Source: Halobacteriovoraceae bacterium
GTDB lineage: Bacteria; Bdellovibrionota; Bacteriovoracia; Bacteriovoracales; Bacteriovoracaceae
Assembly (NCBI GenBank): GCA_963719505.1
Contig: CAVRCF010000002.1
Location: forward strand, 288,001-352,000
Length of the DNA stretch: 64,000 nucleotides
Reading direction: 5' to 3'
Shown: one piece after another, positions 9,875 to 19,642 of the stretch
Layout: each line of letters opens with the position of its first letter
Numbering within the stretch: position 1 is the first letter of the stretch
Notes under the pieces: generated by a model
What the model saw: only the letters and a program-made list of their open reading frames with translations
What the model was told of the DNA's origin: nothing
Database searches by the model: none
Translations under genes and position numbers: made by a program

Positions 9875-10123
9875 TTATTGGGAGTCCAACCTAGGTCTAC
9901 CTTTTTTCGTCGATCTTTTCTGTTGTCTAAGCTTCCACCGTCTAAACCTTGATTCACCTAATTCTTTTAAGAGAAATTTTTCAACCTCTCCTGGAGTAAG
10001 GTCAAAGAGTTTTTTTATCTCAAGAAAAGAGACTTTGTCTTCAATAGACATTTTGACAAGTTTTTCTTTCTCTTTAAGACCGAGGCTGTCGATTTTTAAT
10101 TTTAACTCTTTTGATAAACCCAT
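9875..10123 (-). CDS. Small basic protein, TIGR03643/DUF2805-like
   Basis: KM..EDKVSF..I...F.L...EV......EL....F.RW pattern. Confidence 0.55.
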   Translation of the reverse strand: MGLSKELKLKIDSLGLKEKEKLVKMSIEDKVSFLEIKKLFDLTPGEVEKFLLKELGESRFRRWKLRQQKRSTKKGRPRLDSQ

Positions 10124-10163
10124 CCCTCAAATTAACATAGAGAAAGAGGCTTTGATATGGTGT

Positions 10164-11031
10164 CTAAGTTTTACTCAACAACGCACGGGCAAGTTTGTAG
10201 GAGCTGCAAAAAATAGCCCCTTTGTGATTCATAAAGGTTGAGTCCGCTCTATTTAAGTCTAAAGGTCTAAAATGGTAGTCGCTATTATGTCCGCCTGCTT
10301 CTGATTGGATGATGGAGCTGGCCGCAAAATCCCAAAGACTTCCACCGCCCAAAGTGCTCTTGGGGTGTTTGTAGTAAATTGCCGGTGCAAATTCAATTGT
10401 AGAGATGCCATTCATAACAGCGCCGCCCAGAGGATGGAGTTCTACTTGGTCTAGTCCGAAACTCTTCGCATTTTTTAAAAGCATCTGTCTTTGTTGTTCA
10501 TAATTTGAAAGTTTTAAAAAGCTTTGATCAAATAATAACGTAAGTGTGTGAGACTTCTCTTTTACCCTAAAAGGGGATGAGTTTTTGAAAGCGCCTTGAC
10601 CTTTTATCGCGTGATAAAGAGTCTCAGACCTAGGGTTGTAGACAACACCGATTACGGGCGTTCCATCTTTTGAAACCAAGGCAATAGATGTGCTGTACCC
10701 ATCTTGGTTTTGGCTAAAGGCCAAAGTACCATCGAGGGGATCGATGCACCAAAAATAGTCTTTTGACAATCTTGAGTTATCATCTGTACTTTCTTCAGTT
10801 AAAAGCCCGATGTCATATTTTTTTAAGAGTTGGTGTGAGTCCCTCTAAAATCGTGTTTTGAGCTTTTATATCAGTTTCAGTAACGACACAAGAAGCTAAA
10901 TTTTCACCCCCTTCTTTGGAATGCACTTGTACTTTTTGACCTTGCTTGAGACCTATAATCTTTCCAGCGTTAAGAGCCGCCGTTTTAGCGACTTCGCATA
11001 AAATAGTTAAATCATCATTTGATAAGATCAT
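10164..11031 (-). pseudogene. Inositol monophosphatase/CysQ-family phosphatase split by a +1 frameshift in a T7 run (10818-10824); probably a sequence error
   Basis: N-part has VVTETD; C-part has WCIDPLDGT and LWDFAA. Removing one base gives continuous LKKYDIGLLTEESTDDNSRLSKDYFWCIDPLDGT. Confidence 0.85.
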
Positions 11032-11971
11032 TTAAAACCTTCTCCTTCATTTTTTCAGAATATGCATTTATTTTAGCATGATGAGGTGACCATCCTTTGA
11101 GAAATCGGTAGAAGTCGCACCATGCATAGGGATAGAGTTCTCTCCACTGGTCCTCTAGTTGCTGGCCATCGAGATGGGGATGAAAAAAAGAGAGCGCAGT
11201 TTTTAATTCTTCAAAGTAGACTTTAAGACAATCTTGGTCGCGATCAAAAAGTTCTGTCTCATAGTAAATACTACTAAGGAAATAAGCGAGATCTTTTACA
11301 CCCACTCCGGATCCGACGTATTGAAAATCGACAGCACTTACACTCGTTGATCCAAAGAGGAAGTTTGAAAGCTTTGCATCCCCGTGAACAATGGTCTGGT
11401 GTTTTGAGGATGAAAGTTTTTTATCAATTGAATAGGCGAGATCTTTGAGTTGTAAATCCTCCAGGACTTCTAACTCCTCAGGCCTTGTTTCAAGATGCCA
11501 GTAGGTTCCTGTGCTCCATAGATCATCATACTTTACTCCCATGTATTTTGCGTGAAAAGTGGCCAGCCATTTTAAACATAGCTTTACATCACTCCAGTCA
11601 AGAGAGTCTTTAGGGTGTTGATCACGATCTTTTAAATCTTCTAGGATCAAAAAATGAGAGTCATTAACTTCTCCCTTGCCGATTAACTGAGGGGAGTAGG
11701 CATGCTCAATAATCGTGTTGTGATTGGCGTACCAGTTCATCTCGACTTGGTAGGATTTGACCTTTCTTTGATGAGAGAGATTCGAATTCCAACCACGAGG
11801 ATGATCGAGATGATTGGGAAATTTAATTAATTTTAAAATAACAGACCGATCATCAAGGGTAAGTCTTTGAACAGTGCCGTATCCACTCCAAAGATTTTGT
11901 ATCAACTCTTGCTTTAAAATTTTTTGGCAACCAGTGAGTTTTAAGACCTCCGATTGAATATTTTTTTCCAT
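11015..11971 (-). CDS. APH/choline kinase-like phosphotransferase (EcKL-like)
   Basis: LWSGYG, LILEDL, HGDAKLSNF, VDFQYVG.G.GVKDLAYF. Overlaps the downstream phosphatase start. Confidence 0.82.
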   Translation of the reverse strand: MEKNIQSEVLKLTGCQKILKQELIQNLWSGYGTVQRLTLDDRSVILKLIKFPNHLDHPRGWNSNLSHQRKVKSYQVEMNWYANHNTIIEHAYSPQLIGKGEVNDSHFLILEDLKDRDQHPKDSLDWSDVKLCLKWLATFHAKYMGVKYDDLWSTGTYWHLETRPEELEVLEDLQLKDLAYSIDKKLSSSKHQTIVHGDAKLSNFLFGSTSVSAVDFQYVGSGVGVKDLAYFLSSIYYETELFDRDQDCLKVYFEELKTALSFFHPHLDGQQLEDQWRELYPYAWCDFYRFLKGWSPHHAKINAYSEKMKEKVLNDLIK

Positions 11972-12070
11972 GGCCCAGCTTAATAAACTAAAGAACCAAA
12001 GGCCACAGCAAGGGCATCTTCAACCTTAAGAAAAAAGTGGTTAAAGTCTTTTTCATTTTATGAAATTTTC

Positions 12071-12098
12071 TTAAGAAAACGCCTGTAACTACCGATAA
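12071..12098 (+). promoter_or_regulatory. sigma28 (FliA)-like promoter
   Basis: TTAAG-N15-ACCGATAA versus consensus TAAA-N15-GCCGATAA. Confidence 0.55.
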
Positions 12099-12287
12099 GT
12101 AGGTATATTTAAAGCCAGATTTTAGGCCAAAATGGCCAGTTAACTTGGCACTATGGTGAGGACTTCTTAAGAACGTTACGCCAGCTTTAAATTAAGTTAT
12201 GAATAAAATCAGATACTTATGATCTTTCTTAAGAAGAAAGACAAAAACTTAAGAAAACTAAAGGGAAGGGAGTTAAAATTAATTGAA

Positions 12288-14973
12288 ATGATTAGAACCT
12301 TAATTTTTATCCATTTTCTTATAGCTTTTAGCTCCTGTTCGAGTCCTTCGACTGAAGGGGATGATGGACTTATCACCGGTGGTGATACCAATATGGGAAC
12401 TATTTCTAAAATTGATGGGATCTATCTTTTAGAGCCACTTGTAAGTCCTGGTGCAGATCCAACTCCCTTAATTAATATCACAGGTGTCGCCTCTGGCGAT
12501 ACCGTTTCAGTTTTTAGCGATATTACATGTTCTACTTTGGTAACGTCTGAAATGGCGACGGGGGAGACGGTTGAAGTCTCTATTCCGACATTAACGATTG
12601 GAACGCATAGATTCTATGCCAAAAGAACAAAAGAGTCAGAGAGTAGAAGCTCAGACTGTTCCACTTTATTTTTAGACTACACTTTGGAAGGTATTTCAAT
12701 TACCGGCGTAGAGGATGATCTTACAGCTGCCATGAGCAAAACCTTCACATGGGGTTGTGCAGGAACCGCTTCGTGTGAGTATCGATTTGCTGTGAATACC
12801 AGTGAAACTTTTGAGTTCTCAACTGAAAGCTTTGATGCCACTACAACCACGACATACTCAAGTGGCTCCGGAGATTTTTATATTCATCTTCAAGCCCGCG
12901 ACTCAAGTGACAACACTATTGAAAGTGGAGTTTATAGTTATCAATTTGTTTTGGATAATACCTCTCCAGTCGTTACAGCGAACACTATTGCAGCTGGTAC
13001 TTATGGAGTTACAGATATGGTCGAAGTCAGTGTTAATTTTGACGAGAATATTCTCGTGACAGGAAGCCCTAGAATTCAATTAAATTTTGAAACTGAATCT
13101 GCTTCACCGACCTACGCCGTTTATGCAAGCGGTAGCGGATCACAGACACTTGTTTTTCAATACACTGTCGCTTTAGGTGACGAAGATACAAATAATATTT
13201 CAAGCCAAGCTTCAATTGATGTAAACGATGGGACTCTCACTGACGAATTAGGAAATGAACTCAACTATACTTTAGCGACAACAAGCTACAGTGATGCTTT
13301 TGTCGATGGAATCTCTCCAAGCATAATAAGTATAACAGTTCCGGCCAATACTTACTTCTTTGGGAGAAACGCTACCTATTACTGTGAATTACTCAGAAGC
13401 GGTTGTGGTTACTGGTGAACCAAGAATTGAATTAAACTTTGAATCACAGTCGAGTTCTCCCATTTTTGCCACATACGGGGCAGGCAGCGGAACAAGCTCT
13501 TTAACTTTTAATTATATTATCGCCAGTGGTGACTTTGATGCCAACGGAATTGATCTTGTCTCGACCATAGATTTAAACGGTGGCTCACTGGCTGATTCTG
13601 CTGGAAACAATGCGACGACAACCTTAACATCGACAAATTTCTCAAGTGTTTTAGTCGACTCACAAGCTCCCTACATAACCTCTTTTGTCGAGCCGGCCAA
13701 TGGAACTTACGCCAATGGGGGAGAGCTTTTATTTCAAGTCAACTTCTCTGAAGCCGTCACTATTAGTGGAACTCCAAAAATTGGTATTAACCTTGGCGGA
13801 TCAACTGTCTTTGCCACTTATCAATCGGGTTCAGGCAGTACGGGACTCGAGTTTAGCTATGCCATTGTTGCTGGAGACTCAGACAGTGATGGTATTACAC
13901 TCATAAGCACTAGTGTCGACGTAAGCACAGGTTCAATAACGGCAGTGAGCGATTCTAATCCTTCGGCACTAGACTTTCAAGCTTACCTAAACTCCATGAG
14001 TGGAGTCCTTATTGATACAAGTGGTACTATTACCGCTCCCGATCAGGTTATGGGGGTAACAACAGCTCCGACAACTGATAGTAGTGAGCTGAGGGTTTCT
14101 TGGTTAAAAGCAAATGGAAATGGCTTTGATATTATTAATTATAGTGTTCAATATCGTGAACAGGGAACGAGTACGTGGAATAGTTTAAATCCTAATCCAG
14201 TAAATAACTCGGCGACCATTAGTGGGCTCTCCGCTGGTGTGATTTATCAGATCAGAGTCGCAGCAAATAACGGACTTCTCGGTGCATACTCAGCGATATC
14301 AAATGCTGAGATTTTTGATATTCTTCAACTCAATCCTATCGCCTGGTTAAGTGCTACAGATATAACTAATGGTGGGAGTGAACCTTTAAACGATGAAAAA
14401 ATTGATCAGTGGGAAGACATTACGGGGGCTGCAAGTGCGGCAACAGAGACGAACCCAGCCAATCAGCCAGTTTACAAAACAAATGTTCAAAACGGTCTTC
14501 CAGGAGTTCGCTTTGATAATTTAGCGACGGGACTGCAGGGAACGTTTAATCGAAGTATAGGGACGGATTTAACTTTTGTTATCGTCGGTCAGTTCGATAC
14601 AGGCTCAAATGATAAATGTCTTTTTGAGTTCAGTAACGGTGGAAATGCCAGAGGATTTTTTATCGACAGAAGATATGCTAGTAACAACATGTTTTCTCCG
14701 GCTTTAACTCGAGGTGAATTTAAACTTTGGAGAATTCAAGATACAGGAACCACAGCGAAGGTAACCGAAAATGGAGTTACCGAGCTCTTTTCTGGTGGCA
14801 CAAACTTTAATACCGATTTCACTGGGACGGGTAGCTATACTCTTGGAGATGACCAAACAGGTGGAAATAGAATGAATGGCTTTATTGGAGAGTTTTTAAT
14901 TTTCGACAAAGCTCTTTCAGCTTCAGAGATTTCAAAGCTTGAAACCTACCTAAAAAATAAGTGGGGCCTTTAG
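12288..14973 (+). CDS. Large surface lipoprotein/adhesin (Ig-like repeats, FN3, C-terminal LamG/ConA-like domain); frameshift near 13359-13364
   Basis: Lipobox FSSC after MIRTLIFIHFLIA. Three repeats of V.F.E.V.V.G.P.I.L...A.Y..GSG...L.F.Y....GD.D span both ORFs. FN3 (W....NG..I.NY.VQYR...GL..G..Y..RV.A.N), then WL.A.DI...W.D...G.IGE.LIFD.AL...YL..KWG. Confidence 0.8.
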
Positions 14974-16184
14974 TGGTTGAGTTTAAAATACTGACTTGTC
15001 ATCTCTTGTAGTTGGGGTGTCCACTGAGGTGAGAATCCATTCATAAGAGCTTTTTTTCTTAAGTCTACAATAATCGGTAACAGCTTTGTTTGAAGCTTTC
15101 TGTAGTACTTATTTTTAAACTGATTATTATAAGCAAAAAACTCCTCCATAATTTTACTTTCCCAAAGTTCAAAAAAGATAAGAGGAGACACACTGGTTGG
15201 CAGGTTTGAAAACAAGTGTTGGGTGTGTTCTGGAGAGTTGGAGTTGAGGAGGCTAGAAACCCACAGGGTTAGCTCTTCTCCTAGGCTTCGGGACTCTAAG
15301 TCAATTTTTGCTCTTTCAAATCTATCCGTAAGCTCATCTGTTTGGCCAAGCTTGAGAAGTTCATCAAGGATTAATTTGGCTTTAAGTTGTTTATTAATCT
15401 TAGCTTCTTTTATGAGCTTCAGTCTTGTTGTTTTAATTTCATTTTTTCGCATAAAGATCATGAGGTTTTTATAGTCGAGTCTATTTCGATACAGTCCAAC
15501 GATCTTTAAAGTGTCGTTAAAAATATTACTGGGTTTTACAATATAATTTTCTTCATCCAAAGTGTATGAGATGTCATTACTTCCCTTCTTTAGTTTGAGC
15601 TCTTTTTTTACTTTTCTTTCTGAGTCTTTCCACTTTCTATAAAGGACTTTGTTGTTAAAAAGTCTTTTCATCTTTATTGTTTTTGCGATATTTTTAATAC
15701 CAATGATTATAGCTGGTATTAGTATTCCCGGCTGTAAAACCTCATACAAAACGATGAGGACTGGAGAACCAATACTAACGGCCAAAGCTTTCATCGGAAT
15801 TTCTGTGATCTCTATAGTCATAATAATAATAGAGATGGCCAATCCATTTTTCCGGCTAAGAATTTTAGCTTCTTCTTTTATATGGTGAACCATCTCTTTG
15901 ACTTTTTCCCAGGCTGAGCTTTTTTGGTAATGAGAATTTGATTCTATGTCGGCCATAATTTTTTGGGCCAGGGAGTCGATGATAGCATCGTTATACTTTG
16001 GATCGATACTGTCTTCAATTCCTTTGATACTCTCGTATTGTTTATGAAGAATCTCGTTTTGAAGTTTTATTCTCTCAAGGCTCAAGAGGAGATCGTCATC
16101 AATTGGAGCATGAGAATAACTACCAGCAAAACTAGATGAGATAAGCGATAGGAATAAGGCCAACTTGATAAAAATATTTAACAT
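14970..16184 (-). CDS. Hypothetical protein with signal peptide and internal hydrophobic segments
   Basis: 404-aa ORF, signal peptide ending SFA, hydrophobic stretch at about aa 115-165; no motif recognised. Confidence 0.65.
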   Translation of the reverse strand: MLNIFIKLALFLSLISSSFAGSYSHAPIDDDLLLSLERIKLQNEILHKQYESIKGIEDSIDPKYNDAIIDSLAQKIMADIESNSHYQKSSAWEKVKEMVHHIKEEAKILSRKNGLAISIIIMTIEITEIPMKALAVSIGSPVLIVLYEVLQPGILIPAIIIGIKNIAKTIKMKRLFNNKVLYRKWKDSERKVKKELKLKKGSNDISYTLDEENYIVKPSNIFNDTLKIVGLYRNRLDYKNLMIFMRKNEIKTTRLKLIKEAKINKQLKAKLILDELLKLGQTDELTDRFERAKIDLESRSLGEELTLWVSSLLNSNSPEHTQHLFSNLPTSVSPLIFFELWESKIMEEFFAYNNQFKNKYYRKLQTKLLPIIVDLRKKALMNGFSPQWTPQLQEMTSQYFKLNH

Positions 16185-16327
16185 AAAACAAATCTAATGC
16201 TTTGCGTTAAAATAGAGAAGCTATTTACCCTAGGCGTGTAAAAAGTACTGACTTCTGTTGCCCATTCAATAATGATTTTAAGGGGTTGTGTACATATAAT
16301 AAAAAAATAGAGTATATACTTGGGGTT

Positions 16328-17461
16328 ATGATGATCGAATGTGAAGCTTTTAATTCTAACAGGTGCAAATCTTGTGACCTTATAAAACTCCCCTATGAAA
16401 GTGGGCTCCAATCTAAAATAAAGGACTTGTCCTCGCTTTTTGAAGGTGTAGAGATTCTTGCTCCTATCAAATCCAGTATGCTCAAGGAGTACAGAAATAA
16501 AGCCAAGTTCGTTATTGGTGGAACCTTAGATGAACCTATAATTGGAATTCCAAGTCCCATCAATAAGAAGTCTATCTCAGCCCTTCTAGATTGTCCTTTG
16601 CACTCAAATAAAATGAATGAGATTGCCACTTTTATCAAAGAAAATATTAAAACTTTTGGACTCACTCCTTATGATATCCAACAAAGAGCGGGAGAGTTTA
16701 AGTATCTTTTTATTTCCGAAGGACATAAAACAGGACAGATAAGTTTGAGGTTTGGAATGAGAAGTATGGAGAGTTTTGAGAGAGTGAAAAAACTCTTTCA
16801 CTCTTTGAAGACCAAGTACCCCAAAATTGAAGTATGCTCGTTTGAGATTCAACCTAAGCATGCGGCTCTTTTTGAAGGGGAGCAGAGGCTTCTTACAACT
16901 TCCAAATATATTCAACACGACCTAACACAGATGCAGCTTTCATCTTCAACCACCAATTTTTTCCAGGTTAACGCTCCAGTTGCTCAAAAACTTTATGAAA
17001 CTGTTTTTACAAAATTTAAAGATGAGGGCATTAGTATAGGAGTTGATCTTTTTTGTGGTGTTGGCGGGTTTGCACAGCAAATTTCACGTTTTTGCAAAAA
17101 GGTATATGCTATAGAGATCAACCAAGTGGCCATTGACTGCGCTAGGTTTTCGTTAGAAATAAATAAGATTCAAAATATAGAGTTTATTTGTGACGATGCT
17201 AATAACTTCCAAGATCATATAAAAGATAAAGTTGACCTTCTTGTCGTTAATCCTCCTCGAAGAGGAGTGGGGAAAGACTTGTGCCAAACCATCATTAAAA
17301 TAGATCCTCAATTTATCGTCTACTCTTCTTGTCACGCCAAAAATCTAGCGACAGATATTGAAACACTTAAAAACCATTACCAGATCGAGTCCCTCACTCC
17401 GGTCGATATGTTTCCTTTGACGAAGCATTTAGAGGTTTTATGTATTCTAAAAAGAAGATAA
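16328..17461 (+). CDS. rlmC: 23S rRNA (uracil-747-C5)-methyltransferase
   Basis: N-terminal C......RC.SC Fe-S motif without a TRAM domain, RNKAK, FFQVN, DLFCGVGGF, VNPPRRG, YSSC, DMFP.T.H.E. Confidence 0.85.
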   Translation: MMIECEAFNSNRCKSCDLIKLPYESGLQSKIKDLSSLFEGVEILAPIKSSMLKEYRNKAKFVIGGTLDEPIIGIPSPINKKSISALLDCPLHSNKMNEIATFIKENIKTFGLTPYDIQQRAGEFKYLFISEGHKTGQISLRFGMRSMESFERVKKLFHSLKTKYPKIEVCSFEIQPKHAALFEGEQRLLTTSKYIQHDLTQMQLSSSTTNFFQVNAPVAQKLYETVFTKFKDEGISIGVDLFCGVGGFAQQISRFCKKVYAIEINQVAIDCARFSLEINKIQNIEFICDDANNFQDHIKDKVDLLVVNPPRRGVGKDLCQTIIKIDPQFIVYSSCHAKNLATDIETLKNHYQIESLTPVDMFPLTKHLEVLCILKRR

Positions 17462-17580
17462 ATCTCTCTTTTCGCCTTTAAAAGGCAAAATTTTCCCATC
17501 CTCATCCAAATAGAGTAGTAATTGCCGAATATGAAGAAAACTTAATTTCCAGTATTCTTATAGGGATAGGAAGTTAACAT

Positions 17581-18183
17581 ATGAAAAAAGTCCATTTTTT
17601 ACTATTTTTATTATTTGTCGGATGTGGTCATGGCAAATTGGAATTTCAATCTTTTCCTGAGAAGGCTGATGTCTCTTTCGTAGAACGAGACGGGCAGGTT
17701 AAAAAGCTTGGTCAAACACCCTTAGACCTTAAGATGGAAGACGACTTCTTTAGAGACGGTGCGGTAAAGCTTATCTTTTCTAAAGTTGGTTATAGGGATG
17801 AAGTTGTTTATTTAACCAAGCCAGCTCTTCAGTCTAATGTGAAAATTTCCACAAAGATGCAAGAAGCCGGAAGTGCCAAAGAAATTATTTCAAATCAAAG
17901 GTTGGAGGAACTTTCAAATAAAATAGCTGAAGCTCAAAGATTTAGTTTTGGAAAAAACTATAAAAGAGCTGAGACGATTTTAATAAAAGTTATTGATGAC
18001 TTTCCAGACGTCAGTGTTCCTTATGATCTTTTAGCAAATATTTACTATTTATCTAATCAGACTAATAAAGCTTTGTACTTTTATGAAAAGGCAAAGGGGA
18101 TTGCTCCGGGCAACCCTCAAAGAGACTATTTAATTAATAAGCTGAAACGCGTTGATGGAAGCTTAGAGGACACGCAACTATGA
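17581..18183 (+). CDS. Lipoprotein with PEGA-like domain and C-terminal TPR
   Basis: Lipobox FVGC; S.PE.A.V...LG.TP...K.GY (PEGA-like); YKRAE.IL......P.....YDLLANIYY......AL..YEKA....P.N (TPR). Confidence 0.75.
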   Translation: MKKVHFLLFLLFVGCGHGKLEFQSFPEKADVSFVERDGQVKKLGQTPLDLKMEDDFFRDGAVKLIFSKVGYRDEVVYLTKPALQSNVKISTKMQEAGSAKEIISNQRLEELSNKIAEAQRFSFGKNYKRAETILIKVIDDFPDVSVPYDLLANIYYLSNQTNKALYFYEKAKGIAPGNPQRDYLINKLKRVDGSLEDTQL

Positions 18184-18953
18184 AAATCATTTTAGGTTTT
18201 TTCATTATCTCAACCGGCTTTTATATAGCTTTGGATCACTTAAATCAAAGTATTGGTCAGTTTTGGGACGTCATTGCTTTTGCAATGGTTGTCTTTGGAA
18301 CGGTAGCCGTTAGTGTTATGACGATGCCTTCTTTAAAGATTAGACATACCCTTAATATATTTCTCAAAGGTGTTGGAAATAACCACGGTCTCAGAGAAGA
18401 CTGTATTCAAAACTCTTTAAATCTGATTAAAGGTCATGAGCCAAGTGGTGATATTAAGAGAATAGATCAAAAGATTTTAGTCGATGGTCTTGAACTTTTA
18501 CGTTTGGGATTTTCAACTGAAAAAATTCAAGACATCCTCGTCGAAAGAATTGAAAAGTACACCGATGATAGCGTTACAGTGGCTCAGTGGATTAGAGGTT
18601 TATCAAAGTATCCACCAGCTTTTGGTCTTGCAGGAACGGTCATTGGGCTTATCCACCTTATGCAAGGTTTGAGTGAAGGTGCTGACCCAAAAGAGTCTGG
18701 TATAAGAATGGCCGTTGCGCTGGTCGCAACTTTCTATGGAATTGTCATGGCCAATATTTTGATCAACCCAGTTGGGGACAGAATGATGAGTAATATAAAA
18801 GAGGACCAAAACTTAGCAGAAATTTCTTTAAATGCGATTGTTATGATTAGTCAGAGAACAAACTATGTCGAGGCAATGGAGCAGATGAACAACCATGTAC
18901 CAAACCAGCATAAGAAGCTTAGCTTCAATTATGGTGCACTTGAGGCTTCATAG
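18180..18953 (+). CDS. motA: MotA-like stator subunit (MotA/TolQ/ExbB channel, MotA subtype)
   Basis: Four TMs; AF.MV..GT, DGL.L...G, PAFGLAGTVIGLI, G.RMAVALVATFYG...AN....P. Confidence 0.85.
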   Translation: MKIILGFFIISTGFYIALDHLNQSIGQFWDVIAFAMVVFGTVAVSVMTMPSLKIRHTLNIFLKGVGNNHGLREDCIQNSLNLIKGHEPSGDIKRIDQKILVDGLELLRLGFSTEKIQDILVERIEKYTDDSVTVAQWIRGLSKYPPAFGLAGTVIGLIHLMQGLSEGADPKESGIRMAVALVATFYGIVMANILINPVGDRMMSNIKEDQNLAEISLNAIVMISQRTNYVEAMEQMNNHVPNQHKKLSFNYGALEAS

Positions 18954-18955
18954 AT

Positions 18956-19642
18956 ATGAGAAAAGCTAAGATAAAAAAAATTCAAGCGCACGAAACTGAT
19001 ACTGAGGGATCCTGGGCCATAAGCTATGGGGATATGATTACTCTTCTTCTTAGTTTCTTTGTTATCTTTTTCTCTTTTGACTTCAAAAAAGAAAAGGAAG
19101 ATATCCTTGAAGAAAGTGCGATAAAGAATATTGCTGTGATGGATACATTTAAGGATAAAGAGACTGGTATTCATGAGAAACCATCAGAAACTATTGAAGA
19201 GCTTAACGAAATTACGACGATAGTAAAAAAAGAAAAAGATGGAAAGTTAGTTGTCTTTTTTAAAGGGGCAAACTTTTTTGACAGTGGTGACACTTCAGTT
19301 AATGAGTTTGGGCAAGTCTTGCTGACAAAATTTATTAAAAAATATACTCCTTACGCAGGTAAGTTTAGGGTGAAAATTCAAGCCTTCACTGATAGTCAGC
19401 CAGTTTCAAATCCAAGTCATCGCTATAAAGACAATGTCGAATTAAGTGCCTTGAGATCCATTTCAGTTATGAGATACCTTCAAAACAATGGAGTGCCTCT
19501 AAACCGAGTTGAGATTGGCGGAATGGGAATAATGTCAAAGAGAGCTTTAGCTGTGCTTGGACTTGAATCAAATAATGTTGAAGAAGTACGAAAAATGTCT
19601 AGAACAATAGCTTTAATATTGTTTCGCGAGGATGCATCATGA
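18956..19642 (+). CDS. motB: MotB-like stator subunit with OmpA-like peptidoglycan-binding domain
   Basis: WAISYGDMITLLLSFF retains the catalytic Asp; FDSG, FTD..P...N.ELSALR...V..YL...G. Confidence 0.88.
   Translation: MRKAKIKKIQAHETDTEGSWAISYGDMITLLLSFFVIFFSFDFKKEKEDILEESAIKNIAVMDTFKDKETGIHEKPSETIEELNEITTIVKKEKDGKLVVFFKGANFFDSGDTSVNEFGQVLLTKFIKKYTPYAGKFRVKIQAFTDSQPVSNPSHRYKDNVELSALRSISVMRYLQNNGVPLNRVEIGGMGIMSKRALAVLGLESNNVEEVRKMSRTIALILFREDAS

Noticed and set aside
18180-19642. Zorya (ZorAB) anti-phage system or ExbBD/TolQR
   Set aside because: The MotA-like protein has flagellar-type four-TM organisation with no long ZorA tail, no zorC/D/E is nearby, and the partner has a MotB plug/OmpA domain rather than an ExbD domain.
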